Source: Candidatus Obscuribacterales bacterium
GTDB lineage: Bacteria; Cyanobacteriota; Vampirovibrionia; Obscuribacterales; Obscuribacteraceae
Assembly: GCA_965228855.1 (NCBI GenBank)
Contig: CBDDIJ010000003.1
Location: 1,824,001 to 1,888,000, forward strand
DNA length: 64,000 nt
Direction: 5' to 3'
Positions 48,015 to 55,627 of the stretch are shown here, in pieces; position 1 is the stretch's first letter; each line of letters starts with the position of its first letter. The position numbers and the translations under genes are program-made. The notes beneath the pieces are model-generated. The model saw only the letters and a program-made list of their open reading frames with translations. It had not been told where the DNA came from and searched no databases.

Positions 48015-49805
48015 CTATTTCTTGGCGTCCACTTGAGCAGCGGATTTGCTGCGAGCCACGAAGAAGGTCACAATCGCTGCAAGAGTGGTCACGAAGCCAC
48101 CAATCATCCACCACCAATCCACTTCAGGTACGCTCATCGGGTAGACCTCGAACGGTTTCGGATTGAGATTGGACAGGTTCATACGATCGTGGAAGTTGAC
48201 GTAATCCCAGGCCCATTTGTTGGCGATCATGAAATCGACCGCGCCTTTGTAGACAGGGTTTTTCTCGTCGAAGGTCGGAATGAGCTGGAACAACCAGTCG
48301 ATACCGGTTGTGGTGTTCTTGAGTTCTTCCAACTTCGCGACGGCAACATCACCGCCTTGAATTTTCTGAATCCACGAATTCACGGCAACCGTGAAGTCGG
48401 TGTTGTAAGGCATTTCAGTTCCTTTCGGAACCAGCGTGCGAATTGTGGTCTCCAGTTCGTCTGCCTTTCCACCCCAGAACGGTCTGAAGAGTAGATAGGT
48501 AAAGCCCTGCGTCACCGGCGACATAAACATTTCGGTTCTTGCCATGTAGTAGTACAGCACAGCGAGAATCGATTGCAGTCCGCCGAGAACTGCCATGACG
48601 ATTGAAGGACGAACTCCTTTTGCCCATTCCTTCGCATCTTTAGATTGCCAGATCATGACGATTTGCCATAGCAAGCCGACATCGATAGCAAGATATGAAA
48701 GTGAACGCCAGAACGGAGGATCGTAGTGAATGTTCGCTACGTTGATAACGATCAGGTATGAGAAGACAATCCACGAGACTCCACCCATGATGGTCATCAT
48801 CAGGATGAACGGGCGCTTCATGATGTTCTTTTCCGGTCCGGCGATCCAGGTGTCGAGGAACGGCAAGAGAATAACCGTCACCGGAATGACCATAGTGATT
48901 TCGGTAGCCACGACCGGCTCCAGGTATTTGTACATCTGATACAAGCCCAGGAAGTACCAGTCAGAAAGAATCGGCAACGGCGTGACGTCCGGGTCGGAAC
49001 GTCGACCTTGAGCAGCCGGGAGAATTACAGCAGTAATCACGAGCATCATGATGACGGTAAAGCGCTTGATCCAGTTGAGCGGCATGCGCACGTAGTTGTT
49101 GTTGTAGAAATAGATTTCTACAAGAATCAAAGGGATCAAGGAGAAAGCCAGGTGAAGAGAGAAGAAGCGCGTAATCGTTTCTTGAGTGATTGCACCACCT
49201 GCGCCAAGAAGAACCTCGGCGGTGTTCCAACCCAAGTGCAACGACTTGACGAGAGGCTCGTAGTAATCGCCCATTACAGGGAACTGGTCCATGTAAGTCG
49301 GGAATGTGGCAAACACTTTTGTAGCCCAAAAAGCGCGCTGGTTCCAAATCAACAAATATCCGGTCAGACCGGAATACATTGACAGGAGAAGCATCACAAG
49401 ACCGATTGCGATGTTGAATTCTTTGCTCGGTTTATAGTCAGCAAGAATGAACATACGGAAAACTCGCATGGTAGCGGCGATAATCATCGCGTCCGCCCCA
49501 TACTTATGAACCCCTCGGACTATATTTCCGAAAGGCACGTGCCATTGAATTGCATAGATCGAGTCGTACGCTGCCGCTTTGGTAGGCACGTACCACATGA
49601 TGAGCATGAGTCCGGAAGCCATCGTAACGAACCAGACCAGATAGAAAATCGGTCCCAGCGCGTAGAACGGATTGGTCTTCGCTTCCAGCTGATGGTGCTC
49701 ATCGAATATGTCGATGTTTTTGAAGCGCGTTCCTAAGTAGTCCCAGAGGAACTGAACGCCTCCCCACACCTTATTTCCAGGTTTGTTTGCAGTGCTACTC
49801 GTCAT
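48015..49805 (-). CDS. petB: cytochrome b (#1), unsplit b6+subunit IV-like, with long C-terminal extension
   Basis: VRGVHKYG, LTGYLLIWNQRAFWA, TITRFFSLH, ILSDWYFL, PFLD; follows the Rieske gene. Confidence 0.88.
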   Translation of the reverse strand: MTSSTANKPGNKVWGGVQFLWDYLGTRFKNIDIFDEHHQLEAKTNPFYALGPIFYLVWFVTMASGLMLIMWYVPTKAAAYDSIYAIQWHVPFGNIVRGVHKYGADAMIIAATMRVFRMFILADYKPSKEFNIAIGLVMLLLSMYSGLTGYLLIWNQRAFWATKVFATFPTYMDQFPVMGDYYEPLVKSLHLGWNTAEVLLGAGGAITQETITRFFSLHLAFSLIPLILVEIYFYNNNYVRMPLNWIKRFTVIMMLVITAVILPAAQGRRSDPDVTPLPILSDWYFLGLYQMYKYLEPVVATEITMVIPVTVILLPFLDTWIAGPEKNIMKRPFILMMTIMGGVSWIVFSYLIVINVANIHYDPPFWRSLSYLAIDVGLLWQIVMIWQSKDAKEWAKGVRPSIVMAVLGGLQSILAVLYYYMARTEMFMSPVTQGFTYLLFRPFWGGKADELETTIRTLVPKGTEMPYNTDFTVAVNSWIQKIQGGDVAVAKLEELKNTTTGIDWLFQLIPTFDEKNPVYKGAVDFMIANKWAWDYVNFHDRMNLSNLNPKPFEVYPMSVPEVDWWWMIGGFVTTLAAIVTFFVARSKSAAQVDAKK

Positions 49806-50380
49806 GCGATCGAACCGGCCTCCAACGATGTTATTTCGATCTTTCCGCCATCCTTCTTGAGCTGGAATTTACGCGGCGGACGCGGCGCCGGACCGGAGAT
49901 AACCTTGCCGCCATGAGCAATGTCATAAACGGAGAGGTGGCACGGGCAGGCGAATACTGGACCAGCGGGTTTGTAGTTATAGCCTTTGGCGCACTCTTCA
50001 GGCTCTTTGACGAAGTTGAAGATGCAACCAAGGTGCGGACAGATGCGGCTGTACGCTTCTACGTCACCATTCGGCAATTTAACGATGAAACCAGGGATGG
50101 TACGAACTTCTTTGAGTTCAGGGTTGTACTCCAGGTATTTCTGGTTGAAAGTAAACGGAATGCAAGTCCAGGGCTCCGGGAAATCTGCATCCGTGAATGT
50201 TGGAATTGGTGGCTCTGCGAGCGGTTGGTCGGATTTACCGAGGATGTCCAACGGACCCAGAGTCGGGCGCAGGAAGCGCAAGAACGGCGAGACCAGCAGT
50301 CCGAAAGTCATTGCCAGCGGAACAGCTGCCACCGTCTTTAGTATCGTTCTTCTCTTAACACCATCACTCATGGCAGTCAC
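49802..50380 (-). CDS. petC: Rieske [2Fe-2S] subunit of a Rieske/cytochrome b complex
   Basis: Tat-like KRRTILK plus TM anchor; CPHLGC and CPCHLSVY boxes; GPAPRP. Confidence 0.93.
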   Translation of the reverse strand: MTAMSDGVKRRTILKTVAAVPLAMTFGLLVSPFLRFLRPTLGPLDILGKSDQPLAEPPIPTFTDADFPEPWTCIPFTFNQKYLEYNPELKEVRTIPGFIVKLPNGDVEAYSRICPHLGCIFNFVKEPEECAKGYNYKPAGPVFACPCHLSVYDIAHGGKVISGPAPRPPRKFQLKKDGGKIEITSLEAGSIA

Positions 50381-50384
50381 CTTC

Positions 50385-51377
50385 TTATTGAACAGATTCT
50401 TTTCTGTCGAGTTTTTCAGCTATGCGCGCCTTGTCAGCGGCCGCCTTATCTTTGATATTAGTTGAAATCGCGCTTGGCGACGCGGAATTGTTGCGCGATG
50501 CTTTCTTGCCTTCAAGAGCTGGCGCGCTGTCTTCGTGGAAGTTTCGAACGTACTGCGTCAGCTTCCAGATATAATCCGCGTCAAACGTGACTTTGTTTCC
50601 TCTGTCTTGTTTGCCGAGGAAGTTGGGCATACCCTCCCAGCGGATACCGTTGGCGATGTGGTCCCAGATTTGTTCGTCGGTTCTGTCGTAGAAACGATCG
50701 AACTGAGTGAAGTTGGCGGGAGCCGGCTGTAGAACCAGACCTTTGTTAAGCTGCCCGTCTCCTGCGCCTCGGCTTCCGTGACACACGGCGCAATTCGCAC
50801 CGAACACGGCTTTCATTGCCAATCGCTCTTCGTCAGAAAGTAACGGAACAGCAAGACTTCTCGTGTAGAAAATCAGGTCCCATCTCTGGCGCTTGCTCAG
50901 CTTATCGAGAAACGCTTCGTGCTTCATGACACGGGGCGCAGCCTCTTTGGTCTCCGTTTCGCTTCCTTCAGCAGTTCCAAGAGCGCTGGTCACAGGCGTA
51001 ATCTCTTCCTTGCCTTCGCCGAAAGAAATCAACTTATATTGATCGACCGGCTTGCGTTGTCTCATACGCTCGACATTGGTAAGGTCGATATCGCATTGAC
51101 CGGCTACGCCTTTGCCGTCGGCACCGTGACACGATGCGCAATTTTGCTGCTGCCAGTAGACACTTCCGTCATAGACAGAAGGTACTGCGTCCGGGAAAAG
51201 AACGACGTCCTTACCGGCAGTAGCATCTCTGTTAGCCAGTTCCGACTCCTTCTGTCCGACACTCACCTGAGATTGGCAAGCTGTCAGGGACACGGCAATC
51301 GGGATAGTAAGGAGCGCAAATCCAAGCAGATTGAATTTGCGAGTTAGTTTTTTCAATCGAGTGAGTTGAGGGTGCAT
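50385..51377 (-). CDS. dihaem cytochrome c lipoprotein
   Basis: Lipobox LTAC; haem motifs CASCH and CAVCH. Confidence 0.88.
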   Translation of the reverse strand: MHPQLTRLKKLTRKFNLLGFALLTIPIAVSLTACQSQVSVGQKESELANRDATAGKDVVLFPDAVPSVYDGSVYWQQQNCASCHGADGKGVAGQCDIDLTNVERMRQRKPVDQYKLISFGEGKEEITPVTSALGTAEGSETETKEAAPRVMKHEAFLDKLSKRQRWDLIFYTRSLAVPLLSDEERLAMKAVFGANCAVCHGSRGAGDGQLNKGLVLQPAPANFTQFDRFYDRTDEQIWDHIANGIRWEGMPNFLGKQDRGNKVTFDADYIWKLTQYVRNFHEDSAPALEGKKASRNNSASPSAISTNIKDKAAADKARIAEKLDRKESVQ

Positions 51378-51416
51378 TTCTATTTCAACTTTACTTGTGA
51401 TACCAGCGAGACGAAA

Positions 51417-51587
51417 TCAATAATTGAAGAACGGAATCCAGGAGACCGCTGCATACATGAAAATAAGCACGAACGCGACGACGAGAAACGGAGGAGGCGG
51501 ACCTTCTCCGATTCGGTATTCCGACACTACTTCGTAGTGCTCTTCGGCTGGTTCTTCTTTAGCTTTTGGATTGCTTGGGTTAGCCAT
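51417..51587 (-). CDS. small single-TM protein (56 aa)
   Basis: Hand-translated MANPSNPKAKEEPAEEHYEVVSEYRIGEGPPPPFLVVAFVLIFMYAAVSWIPFFNY; GAGGTGA ribosome-binding site. Confidence 0.75.
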   Translation of the reverse strand: MANPSNPKAKEEPAEEHYEVVSEYRIGEGPPPPFLVVAFVLIFMYAAVSWIPFFNY

Positions 51588-51606
51588 TTCTCACCTCTAA
51601 CGAACA

Positions 51607-51858
51607 CTAGCTCTGCGACTTGAGGGCCGCGGCGGCTCTGGCGCGCTCGACCAGCGCTTTCGCCCGTTCCGATGCCGACGTGTCTTCGCCGTCATCGAGC
51701 ATGTCGAATTTGGAACCTTCCAGATCCTCGAACTCGCCATTACCGAATGCCCACCACATCGCGATGATGCCGACTACGAAGAATACGGCGCATACACCGA
51801 ATGCTACGTACAATCCCGCATCAAGCGGAGCCTGGTTAAGAATACAGTTGGGACACAT
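51607..51858 (-). CDS. ccoS: cbb3-type oxidase maturation protein CcoS-like
   Basis: TM segment followed by WWAFGNGEFEDLE...MLDD (CcoS pattern); start overlaps the ccoO stop. Confidence 0.8.
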   Translation of the reverse strand: MCPNCILNQAPLDAGLYVAFGVCAVFFVVGIIAMWWAFGNGEFEDLEGSKFDMLDDGEDTSASERAKALVERARAAAALKSQS

Positions 51859-52811
51859 TAGTGCTCATCGCCTCCTGAATGTGGCTCGTACTGCTGCTTC
51901 GTGAGCTTAGGCAAACGAATAGGTTCGAGTTTGTCGAGTTGATCGAGTTTGTCGATTGTTTGCTCGACATCTTGAGGAAGAGTCTTGAGGTACGCGACAA
52001 GGTACCAACGTTCTTCTTCCGTCAAAATCAGGTTGAAGCGCGGCATTCTTGTACCGACGACGCCTTCGGACACGCGATAGAACCACATTTCATCGTCGTA
52101 CTGTTTATAGAACGGTCTGGTGAAGTTTGCAGGTTTCTTCGTCAGAGAAATCGAGTTCGGTCCGTTGCCCTTCGCTTCCAATCCATGACAGGCAGCGCAG
52201 TTTTGCGTGTAGATCCCGCGTCCGGCGTTAGCCGAAGCATCGGAATTTGTGTCTACGTGTTTTCTCTCGTGCAGTGCGAATCCAACCGGCGTGCTGACCT
52301 GATATTCATCAGGCGCTGCAACGTAATGATTGACTGTACGCTTGTTTCCGAGAGTCTGGATATAGCAGACCAGGTCGTTCATATCTCTATCATTCAGGTA
52401 GCTGAAGCTCGGCATGATCGAACCGGGCTTAACAGCGCGAGGTTGAATCAAGTGAGCTTTCTGCCATTCCGAGGGAAATTTGTTTCCTTCGTTAGTCAGG
52501 TCGGGACCGGTTCTAGCGGTACCAAGTTGGTGAGGTGTTTCATACACGTAATCACCAGCCTTAACGAGCGGTCCGTATTCACGGTCCTGCAGACGCGTGA
52601 ACTGGGTGTGGCAGTAGAAGCAACCTTCTCTTACGTAGATTCTTCTTCCGCGAACCGGGTCGCCAACTTTGGCTTCAGCTTTGTAATCGTTTCTTGTGTC
52701 AGACGGGTCTGGTCTGAACAACACCATCGGCATCAACACTGTTGAGAAGATGATGATGAAGAACGTTGAGATGATACCAATGGCACCGAGTCGGTAGCCG
52801 TAGCCATTCAT
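51858..52811 (-). CDS. ccoO: cbb3-type oxidase subunit II (CcoO) fused to a second cytochrome c domain
   Basis: GRRIYVREGCFYCHTQ, GTARTGPDL, PGSIMPSF; second haem motif CAACH with MPRF. Confidence 0.92.
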   Translation of the reverse strand: MNGYGYRLGAIGIISTFFIIIFSTVLMPMVLFRPDPSDTRNDYKAEAKVGDPVRGRRIYVREGCFYCHTQFTRLQDREYGPLVKAGDYVYETPHQLGTARTGPDLTNEGNKFPSEWQKAHLIQPRAVKPGSIMPSFSYLNDRDMNDLVCYIQTLGNKRTVNHYVAAPDEYQVSTPVGFALHERKHVDTNSDASANAGRGIYTQNCAACHGLEAKGNGPNSISLTKKPANFTRPFYKQYDDEMWFYRVSEGVVGTRMPRFNLILTEEERWYLVAYLKTLPQDVEQTIDKLDQLDKLEPIRLPKLTKQQYEPHSGGDEH

Positions 52812-54202
52812 TAGACTTTGACCTCCCGTGTTTTGGCCGTGACTTCGACCGCTTTAGGCGTATAAATAGTGCGGAAGGCGTTGTAGCAAAACAGCGCTTG
52901 TCCCGTCACGATCATGATGCCGCTTATGGCGCGGACGAACCAGTATGGGTACAACGTGTTGGACCACTGGTCGACCGGGAAGCCCATAGCCCAACCTGCA
53001 GACTGAACCAGTCCGGCAACGGTGAGTGAGAAGTACATGATCAAGAAGCCGATGAATTTGAGCCAGTAGTGACCGCGAACCAGTCCCATGCTGTGCCATT
53101 CTCTGCCGGTCAATCTGGGCAGCATGTAATAAACAGCTGAAGTCAGAATGAAGGAGAAAGCACCGAGCAAGGCAGCGTGCGCGTGACCGACGACCCACTG
53201 AGTGAAGTGGATATACCAGTTGATCCAGCGCGTCGCCTGGAACGGTCCCTGCAAGCAAGTCATCAAATAGAAGAGTGCAGAGGTCATCGCAAATCTTAGC
53301 GGTAGATCATCAGCCCCCTGTCCCCACTTACCCTTCATGGTCATAAAGAAGTTGGTGAGAACTGTGAATACTGGAACCAACAAGAAGATCGACGAGATGA
53401 CCGCAATCGCCTTCAACCATTCCGGAACCGGTGATTGAAGAATATGGTGTGTTCCTGTCGGAGCATAAAACAGCGCAATCCCCCAGAATCCGAGCATTGA
53501 CAGTCCGTGGCTGTACAACGGAGCCTGAGTGTAGCGAGGTATCAAGTAGTACATGATGCCGACGCCTACCGTCGTGAACCACATACCCAGGATGTTGTGG
53601 CCGTAGAACCAACCGATGATGGCGTCGTTCAAACCAGGCAAGAACACGAAAGTTCTTTGACCGATGATGTAAACGAGGGGAAACCAGAACAACGAACCGA
53701 GGAAGTACCAGAGGCTGACGTAGAGTTTTTTAACTCTGCGGTGAGCCACTGTCATCAGGACGTTGAATGTGACCGTACACAGCGCGACTGCAGCCATGCA
53801 ATCGAGGATCGCGCCGAGTTCGGCATACTCACGACCTTCCGTGTTGCCGTTCAGGAGGGTGCAGAATGCACCAATCATCAACAGGTTCCAAGCCCACATA
53901 GTGAAGTTGCCGAGGCGCTCCGAAAACAGTTTGTTTTTGCAGAGGGTCGGAACCATGTGGAACATTGAAGCGATGTAACCCATCGAAAGCCAACCGATGG
54001 TCACAGCATTTACGTGCCACATTCTTAAGTGTGGCATTGAGAACTGAGGAATGTTATGGACCAAGTCCGGGTTATAGAACTCCATGGAGGCGAAAAGACC
54101 CGCCCCCATTCCGAACAGTGACCACCACATCGCCGAAACGAGAAAGTTACGGCTGGCGCTCCCTTCCTCGTTGCTCAGGAATTTGTCTAGCAAACCGCTC
54201 AC
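52811..54202 (-). CDS. ccoN: C-family (cbb3-type) haem-copper oxygen reductase subunit I
   Basis: LRMWHVN, GREYAE, WFYGHN, FYAPTGTHH (Tyr positioned as in the C family), VVGHAH. GTG start after AGGAG. Confidence 0.93.
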   Translation of the reverse strand: MSGLLDKFLSNEEGSASRNFLVSAMWWSLFGMGAGLFASMEFYNPDLVHNIPQFSMPHLRMWHVNAVTIGWLSMGYIASMFHMVPTLCKNKLFSERLGNFTMWAWNLLMIGAFCTLLNGNTEGREYAELGAILDCMAAVALCTVTFNVLMTVAHRRVKKLYVSLWYFLGSLFWFPLVYIIGQRTFVFLPGLNDAIIGWFYGHNILGMWFTTVGVGIMYYLIPRYTQAPLYSHGLSMLGFWGIALFYAPTGTHHILQSPVPEWLKAIAVISSIFLLVPVFTVLTNFFMTMKGKWGQGADDLPLRFAMTSALFYLMTCLQGPFQATRWINWYIHFTQWVVGHAHAALLGAFSFILTSAVYYMLPRLTGREWHSMGLVRGHYWLKFIGFLIMYFSLTVAGLVQSAGWAMGFPVDQWSNTLYPYWFVRAISGIMIVTGQALFCYNAFRTIYTPKAVEVTAKTREVKV

Positions 54203-54461
54203 AAGCTACGTACTCCTAAGGACTCCAAAATCTGGAACAGTAGTGATTCTAGGCTACTGACATCAGGGTAGTTAATCTATAGCCTTGTTTTTCAATGAAG
54301 AATTATTTCAGTCGCGTTACCACAATTCCGAAAGCCCCCAGCCATCGATACAAAGCTTAACTACTGACAGTCGTATTAATGTCCTGTAAGGTTAGCGCTT
54401 TGAAACCAAATCGGTCTGATCGTCAATTTCAAAGTGATACCAAATATGGTTCTCAACTGTT

Positions 54462-55346
54462 TCAAACTTCATCTTGGAAAGGCGAGAGCCATTTTTGCTC
54501 GATCAATTTTTTCCAGCGCTGCTCGTGCACACGATGGGTTTCCGCCAGTGCGCGGACACAAGTTGTTGAAAACAACTTTAATTCGTCAGCATCGATTCCT
54601 TTTACAGGCTTCTTATTAAGTACAGCGGCGAGAATTTCCGCCGCTTTGCAATGAACATTCCGTGAACTGAGCTTTTGTTGAAACTCATCAAGAGCTGCTT
54701 CCAGTTCACTAAGTGCCTCGGTCTCCTTTTCATTTGGAGGTCGCACCTTGGGTTTTGGCTCAACAGGATTTGCCAGATTGATGCCATTAAAGCGATTGGC
54801 TGTTTCAAGTCCTCCTGCCGAGATCCAGGAAGAAGCAGTGTCGGCAGCGAGCTTTAAACTTTTTTGATAGAGGTCGACGTCTTCAGGGGCGACGCGTGAC
54901 AACACATAAGCGGCGCGGCGCGCCCCGCCAGGATCGGGACCGACTCCGACCTTCAATCGATCGAAATTGTTCTTCCCACCCAGACATTCGATTATCGACT
55001 CGATGCCATGCTGACCGCCGGCGCCGCCGCCTTGCTGCAGGCGAACACGTCCAAGAATAAAGGACACGTCGTCGTGAATCACCAGTATGTTGGGAATCTC
55101 AATCTTAAGATAGGAAGCAATAGCGCGAACGGCTTCGCCAGAGAGATTCATGTAAGTATCCGGCTTGAGGAAAATTACATCTTCGTTTTTAAATCTTGTC
55201 TTACAAAAATAGCCTTTGTATTTGCCCTCGAACTTCAGGCTCGCACCAGCTTCGATGCAGAGAGCGTCCACTACTTGAAAGCCGACGTTATGGCGGGTCC
55301 ATTCATACTGTAGCCCGGGATTACCGAGACCTACGACCAGTTTCAT
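54462..55346 (-). CDS. pth: peptidyl-tRNA hydrolase with C-terminal extension
   Basis: MKLVVGLGNPG, TRHNVGF, KPDTYMNLSG, IHDD, GGQHG. Start placed at ATG 55346. Confidence 0.93.
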   Translation of the reverse strand: MKLVVGLGNPGLQYEWTRHNVGFQVVDALCIEAGASLKFEGKYKGYFCKTRFKNEDVIFLKPDTYMNLSGEAVRAIASYLKIEIPNILVIHDDVSFILGRVRLQQGGGAGGQHGIESIIECLGGKNNFDRLKVGVGPDPGGARRAAYVLSRVAPEDVDLYQKSLKLAADTASSWISAGGLETANRFNGINLANPVEPKPKVRPPNEKETEALSELEAALDEFQQKLSSRNVHCKAAEILAAVLNKKPVKGIDADELKLFSTTCVRALAETHRVHEQRWKKLIEQKWLSPFQDEV

Positions 55347-55627
55347 TTCACAAACCCTATAGCGGAGTGAGAGCAAGTTATCGAAAGGGCGAAAACAAGG
55401 CGGCGAGCCGTTTTGCTCCAGCAGAGTCAAGTTTCCGGCACGTCGGTTGCACTGCAAGTCTACTTCCTCGCATCGTACATTATTTATAAACGGATTTATC
55501 AACGCACGCTGTGATGATCTGATCTTAAGCGCTCAACAAGAGATAATATAGTCCGACGGTATTTTTCGCACTCGCCTTCAGGCGGCGCAATGATTTAGAT
55601 CGCTTCATTTTTTAGAGAGGCTCGGAA

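Noticed and set aside
52811..54202. Nitric oxide reductase (NorB) instead of CcoN
   Set aside because: C-family Tyr position before the HH motif, WFYGHN, and adjacent ccoO/ccoS support an O2 reductase.
55503..55627. Glycine riboswitch upstream of gcvPA
   Set aside because: No recognisable aptamer consensus seen.
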